From: Eledone cirrhosa
Taxonomy: Eukaryota
Assembly: GCA_964016885.1 (NCBI GenBank)
Contig: OZ024740.1
Span: 178,684,001 to 178,748,000, forward strand
Length of the DNA stretch: 64,000 bases
Reading direction: 5' to 3'
The notes under the pieces: model-generated
Databases searched by the model: none
What the model was told of the DNA's origin: nothing
What the model saw: only the letters and a program-made list of their open reading frames with translations
Made by a program: the position numbers and the translations under genes
Part shown: positions 28,898 to 42,528 of the stretch, piece by piece
How positions within the stretch are numbered: the first letter of the stretch is position 1
How the letters are laid out: each line of letters begins with the position of its first letter

Positions 28898-29190
28898 GCT
28901 AGCTAACTTGAGGAGAGGGGTGCTCTCCCTGGGTGCCCTAGAAGCGCAGGGAGTTTCAGGATTGGTGGGTACCCAAGTCACCCCAGAGTCGTCCACCCCC
29001 TATCGGGGAATTTGTTTTGATATGTTTATGCACAGTTTATTTTATATACTTATATCTTCATTGTTAAATTAGTCTAGCCATTGTGCACATTTACTCGACC
29101 ATATTGTAAACCCCCACTGTCCATGTCTTTGTATTGTCCCCTACATGTCGGCCCTTGTGGCTAATAAATGAAATCATTATTACTATTATT

Positions 29191-29561
29191 TGTGGAGAAA
29201 GCCCAATAAAAGGATACAGTGACCCTGACCACCAGGGCAAGTGCCCTCTCCCAGTTTTTCACCTTTAATTTACAGACACACACTCAGAGTAGGCCCAATC
29301 ACCGAGGCCATTCTGCTTCTCTCACCCATCTTTCAACAAAATGCTGGGAAGAGAGCACTTCTCTCTCTACCCTGATTTTCCTTTTCAAATGAAATTGGAA
29401 TTTGACATTGTTATTTTTTGTTACATCCTCTGATTTTGTTTTTTACACGCAGAAATGCCCATTTGTACCGTCCTGTATTGTCCTGTACTGTCCTTAATGT
29501 CTACTTTATGTAAACCCTTGTGGTTAATAAAGAAAGCATTGTTATTATTATTATTATTATT
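29191..29561. mobile_element. Short Tx1 insertion: inverted segment plus sense 3' end and ATT tail
   Basis: 29193-29396 is the reverse complement of about 18855-19057. 29470-29535 resembles the Tx1 3' end (cccttgtggttaataaa), followed by (ATT)n. Confidence 0.75.
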
Positions 29562-29711
29562 GAAGGTGAAGTCACGCTTCTTATCGCCTCCAGTTTTTTC
29601 AACAGGTTACCTCGTTTTCAACCGTTCTATGCAGGTTTAGCTGGCCTCCTCCAAGGTATATCTCGTTGGAAGTGTCTTGGGTAATTTAATGATAGGGACC
29701 CCAGTCCTATC

Positions 29712-29856
29712 ATCTCATTTCTACAGCTGAGTAAACTAGAGCAACATGAAATAAAGTGTCTTGCTCAAGGAATCAACACATCATCCGGTCCGAGAATTGA
29801 ACTCATAACCTTTCAATTGCAAGCCCAATTCTCTAACCACTAAGCCATTCGCCTTC
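29712..29856 (-). mobile_element. tRNA-derived SINE family 2, 5' part
   Basis: Minus strand: A-box TGGCTTAGTGG, B-box GAGTTCAATTC, tccttgagcaagacactt core. Confidence 0.8.
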
Positions 29857-30480
29857 GCTAACTATATGCTTACAGGCTATAAAACAAATAAATATATATA
29901 ACCAGATGTGTACAAGTTAAAAATAATAAGATACGACAAATGGGATTAGAACTCAATACATACAGAGACAGAATTAAAATTTGAAACAATAGCAGTTTCG
30001 TCGTAGTTTTAGCAGTTCTCGGGATCAACCGCATTTTAAGAAACCCCAATATTAAATACTATTTAATATGATCTTGCGATCGATGTCAATCCGAATTTTC
30101 TTTCGGAAATAATGTTTTAACACGTAATCTAAGAAAAGTATAATATAGATGAAGGAACGCCTAAATAAACATAGCTCACGATCTAAGTTAAATTGACAGC
30201 AAGCTGTCGTATTGGGAGAGAACTGGGAAAAAATTCAACAAATGAATCATAACTTGCTGAAGTTTTGTTTGATTTCACTCTATATAATTTTATAAGTTTT
30301 TCCGTGTTTTATAAGTTTTTCCGTTTTCAATGCTTTTTTCTTTGAATTGTTTTTATATTTTTATTTCATTCATTCTTTCATTCCAACATTATTTATTTAT
30401 TTATTTATTCATTTATTTATTTATAAGGTCTCTTAGCCCATTCATATTTCCTTTACAATGTACGTGCATACATGGGAAGA

Positions 30481-30560
<80 letters not shown>

Positions 30561-30626
30561 ATTATTTATCACGCACGTATCTTGTATAATATAAATGCGT
30601 GTGTATGTATATGCATATATATATAT

Positions 30627-30708
<82 letters not shown>

Positions 30709-31199
30709 GTATTATCTATGCGCGTGTGTGTGTGCCTGTACGCATCTATGTGTGTGCGTGTTTGGGTATGTGTTTGTTTATATGCGCATGCACACATATA
30801 TAGGTGTAAGTGTCATTGGTACTTTTACAAAGGATAGTAAATCGAACAAATCAATGTTTAGTAAATCAAATACGAGACAGCTAGAAACATTAGTTTTATT
30901 TATTTTGGGTCTGTATGTCTTTTTTAAATTTCTTCATAACAACAGACGTTTCTAATTTCACCAAAATAGATTTGTTTCTGATATAAGCACAGGGGTGTAC
31001 ATTCTTTAGTCGATTTTATCACCAACAGTACTTAACTAGTAGTTGATTTCCTCAGAGCCAGAAGTATGAAACAAAAATCTATCTTCTTTGATTTGAATAT
31101 ATACTCTTCAGAGACGCACATAATTACAGCAAAGCCTTATTTTGTTTCGATGGCCTAATTGCACAACCATTACAATAATATTCTCTAAAATAGACCCGA

Positions 31200-31545
31200 A
31201 ATCCAGACATCTTTGAAAAGTTACCATTATGTGGTTTAAGTCTGAGAAGAGTACTAAAGAGCAGTCAGGATAAAGAGGTGGTAGACACTTATCTTAGTGC
31301 CAATGAGATGTCTCAGTCTGACCAGACCCGTCCCCCCAACCTAAAGAATGTTATGCTGGCATTTTTGGCACTTAGTTCGATTTCGGAGTCCAATGAAATA
31401 TCTCTGGATAGAGCACTACGAAGGTAAACAAATGTATCAAAAAGCTTCAATCTCTGACCCTGAATAAAGATGTTGCGGTTGGCGTAGTATTGCCCAGGAG
31501 ATGGTGGTTTATACATGAACTTGGTCTGGCAAGTAGGGTACAAAA
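31200..31545 (-). mobile_element. RTE/BovB-like LINE fragment (post-RT region)
   Basis: TKFMYKP..LKLFDTFVYLRSALSRDISLDSEIE resembles FxYLGSxLS..DxEI. Confidence 0.7.
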
Positions 31546-31667
31546 ACTAGAGCTGTCAAAGGCCGGATAAACACCACAGAGTCAACAGCCATCCATGCCA
31601 ACGACCCTCATACACACACGCACACACACACACACACACACAATAGGTATATATGCGTATGCGTGTT

Positions 31668-31750
31668 CAAGTACGACAATGACAGAAACACAAACGGATT
31701 TATCAAGGTGTATAAAATGTGGGCGATCTACTTCTCTTTCTCTGTCTCTC

Positions 31751-31786
<36 letters not shown>

Positions 31787-31830
31787 TGTATGTATGTATG
31801 TATGTATGTATGTATGCATGTATGTATGTA

Positions 31831-31882
<52 letters not shown>

Positions 31883-31924
31883 CATGCATACATACATACA
31901 TACATACATACATACATACATACA

Positions 31925-31961
<37 letters not shown>

Positions 31962-32731
31962 AATGTGGGCGATCTCTTCTTTCTCTGTCTCTCTATGTAT
32001 GTATGTATGTATGTATGTATGTATGTATGTATGTATGTATGTATGTATGTCAGCTCACCAGTTGGTGCTACTGGTAACATGTAACCCAGTACAACCTGTC
32101 TCATGGTCGGGTCGTTGGCGACTAAACTGGCTATCCTACCAAGGTTTCTTGGTGAGGAAGGTGACTTTGGACATCCTGCAGGACTAAAAACAAAACCTGT
32201 CAAAGGGCAAAGGAGCTCTTAAGAGTCAATGGCCATCCCAAATCACCGGGAGAGATGACCCCTTAGCCTTTGTTAAGGCAGAATTCTAGGAGAAGGAAAA
32301 CTCTGATATAACGCCTGCAACCCTGATGGTATCCAATGATGTTGACTTGCTCTTCTTTTTGGTAAATATCATCTTGGTTAAGAGAGTGGGACTGGCTTTG
32401 TGCAGTGCCTTTGCTCACTATAAAAGCTTCACGGCACAGGCATTGCTTTATATCTGGAGATCTCTCTGCACTTGTCGTCACATGGTACCATAGGCCCAGC
32501 ACTATGTGTCAATAATTGTCACAAGTGTAGTGTTTGTACCAGGGTTTTCAATTCGCTGGCTGGACTAAAATGTCACACTCGTTCAGCGCATCGGTAGGGG
32601 TTCTCCTACATGGATATAAAGTAGTGGGCGTACTCGAAAACGAGTTGGCAGCCACCATGTATGTATGTATGTATGTATGTATGTATGTATGTATGTATGT
32701 ATGCATGTATGTATGTATGTATGTATGCATG

Positions 32732-32795
<64 letters not shown>

Positions 32796-32843
32796 TACAT
32801 ACATACATACATACATACATACATACATACATACATACATACA

Positions 32844-32875
<32 letters not shown>

Positions 32876-32960
32876 GAGAGAGACAGAGAAAGAGAAGGAG
32901 ATCGCCCACATTTTATACACCTTGATAAATCCGTTTGTGTTTCTGTCATTGTCGTACTTG
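31668..32960. repeat. Inverted repeat whose arms include compound microsatellites
   Basis: Unique 31668-31752 is the reverse complement of 32873-32960. The (TATG)n-(TA)n-(CATA)n blocks are mirrored inward. Confidence 0.85.
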
Positions 32961-34262
32961 TGATAGATCCTCGTAATTCTTCTGTTACAACTAAGCTTCT
33001 CTGTGTGCAGAACCATTTTCTTTTATTTATTTGTCGATATCTTTGCTATGTAGAATATCCTTTAACATTCGTATTTATGTTGACATTTTTATACTCGACA
33101 TAACGTTGTATATATCGAAACATTCTGTCCAATTCTCTTTGTTTGATGACGGTTTTATAACTTCGATGTATGTAGCTGATCTAACCCAACTCAGGGAGTT
33201 TTTTGTTGTTGTATTACTGCTTTACAGACATTCAACATATAAAGAGTTTGACTCTGGTAACATAATTCTTTCCTTTATTTAGAAAATGTTTATGGGTGGC
33301 AGAATTGAAATTCAAAGAAAAAATGTTTTTTATTGTTGAAAGCTGAATACTTATTTTATTTTACTTATGTAACTAGTTTCGTCTTTATTTTTGCTGTCTC
33401 TCTATCATTTGTACATAAACTATATTTTATCATCAGTTTGGGAAATGACCATTGTATTTGTGAGATCCATCCCAGAAATAAGTTATGATAACTTTACATA
33501 TTCCTCTAAAAATCAAAAAATTCAAAACAAAAATAATGCCACCTGAGACCTTTGGATCATTCCTAGAAACTTTCGTGCTTGATACATAATTTATGTACAC
33601 ATTCAACGCTCTACCTAACAACACTGACTCATACCATTACAAACAACCACACTACTTTAAAATATTTAGCCAAAATACATTACGACGTAAAAAAATACCC
33701 TCATGCACAATCCAGTCTACCAACGATAACAGAAAAAGCTTTCGGCTCTCAGCCATGCTGCCGACACATGGACAAAATACTAAGCAACTCCTTATGCTGC
33801 AACAGAAAATGTTGCCAAGCAAACTACCTCTCTGATCATCATGCCTATGAGGTATACAAGAACATATAATTTTAGTAACAAAGTAGCACGTGGGCCAGGA
33901 CCTATATTAATCCCTTTTAACCTATACTTACATGGCCTCATACTTCCCAAATACATTTGTAAGTACTAAAACAAGGATAGGAGCATGCACAGACAGGCCC
34001 ACGCATACATTCACAAACATTCACACATTAATACTCATTCACATCTACATATCGTCCTAACAAGGATAAAAGCATACACACACAGGCATGCATGCACCTT
34101 CACAAATATTCACACACATATTAAGACTCATCTACACACACATATCCTCCTATCAATTTCTACATATAAAGGTGCAAACGTACGTCAATCCCCTAAAATT
34201 CCAACTCCAACATACAGAGATTTATTGCTAACCAAATACGTTATCTCCTCTCTTATCAACAG

Positions 34263-34370
34263 CTGTAGAAACCAATCAAATATAATCAACCAGTACAGTC
34301 AAGAAGAAAAGCATTCAAGAGGAAGCGTTTACGTGGTCAGTCTACATGCTAAAGATAGTGATCCTTTTCG
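34263..34370 (+). CDS. Candidate host coding exon (108 bp), product unknown
   Basis: gctaac branch point, pyrimidine tract, cag acceptor, open frame CRNQSN..KDSDPF, gtaagt donor. Confidence 0.4.
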
Positions 34371-35754
34371 GTAAGTATAAGAAAGCGAGAGAGAAGGGGA
34401 TAATATGAAGTTGAAACAGAACATTTTAAAGCAACGAAAAAAGCAAAGCCAGTCTAATGGGATAAATAGCCGGCGGAAATCTGATACTTGAAATATCAGC
34501 TAAATTACCGCCAAATCAGATCATACTGCATGAAGGAAACAATCGACAATGTAGTTTACAACATTAACAAAATACAGGATGAAAACTACTGCAAACACTT
34601 TGATCATAGGTCTATTTGATTCGGGTTTAACTATTATTAAACACAAAACAAAACTCACAAACCTACATAAATGAAAACAATGCTAATGTAATACAAAGCA
34701 TGTAGAATACTCATATGCAAAGGACTATAAAGAAAGAAACAGATACAAAAACATATTTAGAGCAGAGAGAGCGACAAGAAATATAAACAACATTAGCGTT
34801 CAAACAAACATTAATTGATCATAGATATCGACAATCCAATCAGAGCCGAACAATCTGGCCAAAAGCTAACCACAATGAACAACAAAAAATACACATAACA
34901 CGTATACTTTTCATCACAACAGGGGTCATGTACATCATTCTCGTATAAAATCGACGACAAAACAAAATTAATAAAAAATAAAAATGAAAGATCACTTAGA
35001 TTTATAGAAGCGTCACTCTTTGATGCTGTCACGTGATACAAACCTCACAAAATCAATTGAACAACAGAGCCACAAATAAAAGTGACACGTCTGAAACATC
35101 CCGGAATATTACTACGACATTGTTATAAATTTAGGTACATAAAAGAAAAAAAAGAACAAAAAAAAAAACATACGCACACACAAAGCAGTACATGAATTCA
35201 CGTGCTTACAGGTCTCGTAAGGAACGTACCATCTCAATGCTGTTACAACACTCACTACTTTCAGCTGTGTGTTTGTATATTCTCGGGAAGGAATGGACAC
35301 ATAAAATCTCTATTGAAATCGTGGCAGATTCTCTCTCATCGTTCACGATCGCGACTACCGGCTGTAAATATATATGAACTGACGCCACATGTTTTATGAG
35401 TAGATTGGAATTTAAAGAGTAGTCTCTCTTTTACATTGGACTCGGTGACAGTCTTTCGCGATAACCTCACTATACATGGGCCGTTAGTAAGGTGGGGAGT
35501 TCATCTCAGAGCACGGAGGGCCGGAACAATGCTGCAAGAGAGATTCCCTAACAATTCAACTAATTCAACGGCTTGTACACACAGTATCAACAGTAATATT
35601 AACCTTTATTAGCACAAGTTTGAAACAGAAATGAGTAACAGGCGGTCATATACGCTAGCCTCTATATATTTTCCATCTCATTTTTGTTGATATTCCTAAC
35701 CAATGATCTCATTTATAACAATGTATGTATATGTGTGTGTATGTACACACACAC

Positions 35755-35793
<39 letters not shown>

Positions 35794-36338
35794 CAGACAC
35801 AAACACACACACACATACACACACACACACACTCACATACGCGCATATATATATATATATATTTCTTTTCAAAATGAACTCGAAACTTTCCAGCTTTCAA
35901 GTGAAATGCTAATCTATCATATTCCTAATACAGAATTATAAATTTTTTGTTCAACTTGCCGTCGTCATAAAAGTTTATCAGTGATGAAAAATTGATTCCT
36001 GATTACAAATTCTTATCAACTAAAATGCCATTCTTTTTTAGTCTGTATCCGATTACATTATAGACGTCTAACTTGTAAAAAGAGGAAATATAAACTAAAA
36101 TACATTTTACCGTCGGATCCTCGCTTCTGGCTGGTTTACTTTTACTTATATAGCCGGACTGTGTTAATATATTCATGATGGTTTTATGTACATCTTAAAT
36201 ACATACATAAATCTAAGTCCAATAGTGTTTCTAAGGGCATGTTACACATACATACACACACACTCTCTCACACATACACACACACACACACACGCACAGA
36301 CACACATATACACATACACGCATAGACACACACACAAA

Positions 36339-36376
<38 letters not shown>

Positions 36377-37227
36377 ATTTATGCACAGCTCAGCTATGTT
36401 AGAAAATCTGAAGAAAGTGTGATGTGAGAATAATTTAAATTAATTATCTTCACTGTAGAAACAAATGGAGAAACATTCTGTAACTGCTTTCGTACACAAG
36501 AAACTTTAAGAGATTCTCTTAAACTCTTTCAAATGTAGTGAATCTCTATATCAAATATACATTCACACAAACATATTTTTTATTTATTCTACTATCTATT
36601 TATCTATTTGTTTATGTAACCTCATTTCCAACTAGATTGAACATATCTATGATCAAATAAATACCAACAGTGTCCACCCTGATTTTAACATATCAGTGAT
36701 TACATTGTCTAATGAGGCATAGTTTATTTTAATTAAAATGGTAAGTTTAATTAGTTCAATCAACAACATAAGGTCCAGTATGATGGCTTGCTGTTTTATT
36801 GCAGGTGCGAATGATGTGAATATGATAATTTTGTGTTCGTGGGATTGGAATAGGATTTAAGATTCTCAGCAGGTTTCTTCAAACAAACAGGAAATGATTT
36901 TACTGTGTTAAATGTGTACATATGCGAGATAAGTAACTGTTAATGACATTATGCCTCTGAATGTGTGTACGTCCGCCTATGTTTGTAATCAATTATAAGA
37001 TTTTCCAAACTATCAATCTCATCAACAGACTGTAAATTACAATATTTACAGCTACACTACTTTTGATTAGTTTAGTGTGAAATATGTATTAGGTGTATTG
37101 TTTAATCTTTGATATTGCTATAAGTTCAGCATAGCTTACTTTCACATTTCGAGGCTAATAAAAGAAACACCAGATCAATAGTGAGTTTGATACATTTTCT
37201 ATGTCCCTTTCTTTATCTTTCCTTCAG

Positions 37228-37307
37228 ACCAGGAGAGGACATAGGCTCGGCCAGGTTTCAAATACCTATGTATGTCCCAAGTGCGCCACTACGACTCTAT
37301 TAAGAGG
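37228..37307 (+). CDS. Candidate host exon (80 bp)
   Basis: Strong acceptor ccctttctttatctttccttcag and possible donor ag|gtacga. In phase with the 34263 exon it reads RPGEDIGSARFQIPMYVPSAPLRLY*. Confidence 0.3.
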
Positions 37308-37494
37308 TACGAATTCATACATATGTATATTCTAGTGTCAACATGGAATCTGTTGATTCTAACCTGATATTAGTAATGTTTTTAACGCCCTTTATGTTTA
37401 GAAATAAAGTACGTGATAACAATTGAATATCGATCAATTCAAATTTACGTATTGGCGTACACACATATACATATATATGTACGTCAATACGTAA

Positions 37495-37573
<79 letters not shown>

Positions 37574-37821
37574 TGTATGTGTGTGTGTACCAGGATTGAG
37601 CAACAAAACTCCTATGAAACACCTTCACTTTGTTCATATTATATACACTCTGCTCTGCATCAAATGCTTACCTTGGCACTCTCACCAGTTTTCTTCGGAC
37701 TTACTGAACCTTCTGCCCCCCCCCCCATATATATATATATATCTATCTATCTAAGGCGGGTAAAATTCCCGAGATCCATGGACGAGTTCTCTCCAGCGGT
37801 CTCTGTCCCTCATTATCGCTG

Positions 37822-37985
<164 letters not shown>

Positions 37986-38703
37986 CCACTATGCTACGTC
38001 GTGTACCTCGTTTAGAAATCCTTGTGTTTCTCATAATAGTAGAAAGATGGAGTTAAGTCATTTCTGCATAAAGTTACGCATCATCTGAGTTCGGATTCAG
38101 CTGTGGTGAGCTTTTTCTCTCATCCACCCAGGGTAGCGATATGCATACCAAATCAAATAAATACATCGATATAAGTCAACAATACCTCTTTGTTAGAAAT
38201 ATGTGCCACTGTGTTCTGGTCAGAAGTATATTATTACTAATATTACTGAATATTATACACGACCTTTCTATGTTACTTTTACACATTCCTGACACATATT
38301 CTATATATTTCAGTAACTGTTCTTTGGAAGTTCAGAATAAAATCAAATTAGAGATATATGCAATGGAAATATATAAGTTAAATAATAAAAAAAAGAGAGG
38401 AAAATAAAACAAATTTAAAAAATAGAGTAAAAATGAATATTTTACGAATGAGGAGAGGAACCAATCTCAACCAAGCACACTATATATGAAATAGAAATTA
38501 ATAAAAAAAGAAAGTACTGAAAATTCCAATTCGAGAATTTTCCTGGAAGGCATATTCAAATGTTGGTGGATATTTTTTAGGTAACTATTTATATTTAGGA
38601 TGCACGACATACACACAAGACATACATTAATACATCCATGCATACATACATCACATACATACACACACACATATATTTATATATATATGTATATATACAT
38701 ATA

Positions 38704-38742
<39 letters not shown>

Positions 38743-38829
38743 TAATATATATGATAAATATTATTATCTATCACAATGCATTAACGTAGATAGTGTTGTG
38801 CAGATATTTATTCACGCATTCTTGGTATA

Positions 38830-39016
38830 TAATTGTTTCTACTTTTAGGCACAAGGCCAGCAATTAAATCAGTGTATTACTGGTACTTTATTTTATCGAC
38901 CCCGTAAGGATGAAAGGCAAAGTTAACCTCGGCGGGATTTGAACTCAGTCCGTAATGGGACCTAACTATGCTGGAAAGCATGGCGTCCGACCCTCTACCG
39001 ATACTGCCAATCCACC
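38830..39016 (-). mobile_element. SINE family 1
   Basis: Reverse complement of the 23271-23455 consensus. Confidence 0.88.
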
Positions 39017-39060
39017 GAATATGTATAAGACGTATGAGATAATCTATGTATATATTTGCA

Positions 39061-39121
39061 TATTTTACTCTTTTACCTGTTCCAGCCATCCAGCTGAGGC
39101 CATGCTGGGGCACCGCTCTTG
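39061..39121 (-). mobile_element. Short retroposon 3' fragment (as 12009-12071)
   Basis: gcggtgccccagcatggcctcagc..aacaggtaaaagagtaaaa on minus. Confidence 0.8.
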
Positions 39122-39243
39122 ATATACATGTAAATGTATTGTAAAGGGGATACACACACATATATATATATACACATAGACATATATATATATACATACA
39201 CACTCACACACATATATATATATATACTCGTATATATACACAC

Positions 39244-39276
<33 letters not shown>

Positions 39277-40077
39277 CACACACACACATATATATATATA
39301 CATACATACATACATATTAGTATAGCGATGTTGTGAAAAATGATGGCATTGAATATGATATTATAATAGATTTATAATATAGAAACTTGTATTTATTTTA
39401 AATATAGACATTTGCATATTGTAAATAACGGGAGCCACGAAGCATAGCCTCGGGAAGAACAAATTTATCGCAGGACCTTATATTTCCGTGTTATTACCAG
39501 TCAACAAAGAACATTTCTTCAGTTATATGTAGTTTATTTTTCTTAAATTACCAAGCATTCAACAGAAAACCATGCTATCGAAAGGTGATTTCTAGAAACA
39601 AGTTCGAATTTAAATATAATTTCTAACGATCATAATAGCTCCTAAAACATTAATAACGTATATAGATCCTTCCAAAAAACGAAATAGATAAATACAAAAT
39701 ACCATTTATTATAAGAGAGATATTTCAGCATATTTTCTACGAGTGAATGTCGATTTGCAACAGAGATAGTCTCACACACACGCATATGCACTCGTCGAGT
39801 TATTTACTTAGAATCGTTAACACTGTCAATGTGGTTGCTCTCAGAATTATGATGCAAATGGCAAACTACATCTCACTGTTTATCAAACCTTTAAATAATG
39901 AATAATCATCTTAATAACAGTCGTCTACCTCATCATCATCGTCATTACCATTATATTTCTCATCAACATTAATCATGGTTCATATGATTCTGGTAAATAT
40001 TTTCTCGGATTTTCGGACCACAAATTTTGGGCCACTCTTCTACGTAGATACATTGCATGTTATTATATATACACAAA

Positions 40078-40178
<101 letters not shown>

Positions 40179-40200
40179 TTATATACATATATATATGTAT

Positions 40201-40236
<36 letters not shown>

Positions 40237-40376
40237 AATGTAATCTGATTTTTTCGAATATTAATAATAACATTCGATTCGTTTGCAATTTTGCAAACAA
40301 GCTTCAATTTTATAGCCATTTCAGTAGAATGAACACTATACTCTTGCTCTTGTTTTGGTATGCGAACAGAACAGAA

Positions 40377-40420
40377 CTGCAGACAATAATGCTTCTGGGT
40401 ATCACCCTTCATCAGTACAG
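40377..40420 (-). ncRNA. Hammerhead ribozyme, mutated copy (GAAG)
   Basis: CUGUA-CUGAUGA-AGGGUGAUACCCA-GAAG-CAUUAUU-GUC-UGCAG. Confidence 0.65.
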
Positions 40421-40813
40421 CTCACTGTTCACCTGCCAAAATATCAGAGCTAGTTAAAATATATGCTATTTTCAAAAATACACAGTGACTGATCGGCCTG
40501 ATTTGCATATTAGAAAACTGGCTGATCAGTCAGATCTCCATATTAGCAGATCCATTGATCAGCCAGATTTGCATATCAGCAGACTGGCCAGTCAGGTTCC
40601 TGTATACGAGCGATAAATGGCCGGCTTTGCCAAATCAAATGAAAAAGAAAATTTCGCTCTACATGGCTGAATTCAATAAATGTAATCTGAGTTTTTCGAA
40701 TATTAATAATAACATTCGATTCATTTGCAATTTTGCAAACAAACCTCAATTTTATAGCCATGTCAGTAGAATGAGCACCTCATTCTTGCTCTTGTGTTGG
40801 CATGCGAACAGAA

Positions 40814-40857
40814 CTGCAGACACTAATGTTTCCGGGTATCACCCTTCATCAGTACAG
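40814..40857 (-). ncRNA. Type I hammerhead ribozyme
   Basis: CUGUA-CUGAUGA-A-GGGU-GAU-ACCC-G-GAAA-CAUUAGU-GUC^UGCAG. Stems I, II and III all pair. Confidence 0.82.
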
Positions 40858-41095
40858 ATCACTGTACACCAGCCAAAGAGCTAGTGAACATCAGAGCTAG
40901 TGAAAATATATGCTATGTTCGCATGCCAACACAAGAGCAAGAATGAAGTGTTCATTCTACTGACATGGCTATAAAATTGAGGTTTGTTTGCAAAATTGCA
41001 AATGAATCCAATTTTATTATTAATATTCGAAAAACTCTGATTATATTTATTGAATTCAGTCATGTAGAGCGAAATTTTCTTATATATATATATAA

Positions 41096-41213
<118 letters not shown>

Positions 41214-41420
41214 GTATATATATGTATATATATATATATATATAAATATATATATGTATATATAAATATATATATGTATATATATATAGATAAATCTACC
41301 AAAAGTTTACGGTAGTGTCCAATCCGTATGAAGAACTCAATGTAATCCGGATATCATGGAAAGAAGAGATGCATTCAAAAATCACTTTCGGTGAAAGATA
41401 AACGGAATACAGAGTCAAGA

Positions 41421-41886
<466 letters not shown>

Positions 41887-41912
41887 TATATTTATATATA
41901 CATATATATATT

Positions 41913-41943
<31 letters not shown>

Positions 41944-41959
41944 TTATATATATATTTAT

Positions 41960-42354
41960 ACATACATACTTACATTTAAGTAAGTGCCATACTAAGAGTG
42001 AGAAATGAAATTTCGTTTTCATTTTTTTCAACTTATCGTTTTCGGTATGCCTGACCGATTTAACTCACTCAATATGCATATTTGGCTGCTCAGCCGTTAA
42101 TTTTCATAAGGAAAGTATAAACTTTCGAACGTTCAACTATCTGGCAGATGGGTATACGGTGCTGATGATAGCTAATAAGCTTGAAACTAGTACATCGTTC
42201 CTGTGTCAGTGTTGAACAAAAAGGTCGCGTGGTTGCCTTAACACCGTATGGCATAAATTCAGGCTGTTCAGTTTGTTTACAAACGAACAAAGCGGCGTTA
42301 TAATAAGCGTCCGCTAAACTGATGCGTGCATATATGTATGTGTACCTGTGTGTA

Positions 42355-42394
<40 letters not shown>

Positions 42395-42510
42395 TGCTAC
42401 TGTACGTCTGTATACATATATGTATGTACGTATACATACATACTTACATTTAAGTAAGTGCCATACTAAGAGTGAGAAATGAAATTTCGTTTTCATTTTT
42501 TTCAACTTAT
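41960..42510 (+). mobile_element. Non-coding hammerhead element family H (474 bp period, about 75 bp terminal direct repeat)
   Basis: 41960-42036 repeats at 42434-42510. (TA)n on both sides, central hammerhead. Confidence 0.85.
42156..42198 (+). ncRNA. Type I hammerhead ribozyme (minimal, palindromic stem III)
   Basis: ACGGUG-CUGAUGA-U-AGCU-AAUA-AGCU-U-GAAA-CUA-GUA^CAUCGU. Confidence 0.85.
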
Positions 42511-42528
42511 ATATATATATATATATAT

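Larger units (their letters stand above)
23478..29190 (+). mobile_element. L1/Tx1-type LINE copy 3, essentially full length, degraded
   Basis: 5' UTR, ORF1, short spacer, ORF2, 3' UTR ending ccttgtggctaataaa plus an ATT-type tail. Inserted in the ATT tail of the SINE. Confidence 0.93.
40234..41081 (-). mobile_element. Non-coding hammerhead element family F (440 bp period, about 1.5 tandem copies plus inverted arm)
   Basis: 40235-40468 repeats at 40675-40915. 40916-41080 is the reverse complement of about 40647-40810. (TA)n on both sides. Confidence 0.85.

Noticed and set aside
1-29190. Mirror order Tx1(-), Dong(+) ... Dong(-), Tx1(+) as one giant inverted duplication
   Set aside because: The Dong copies have different truncation points, the Tx1 5' regions differ, and the intervening sequences are unrelated. 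Independent insertions fit better.
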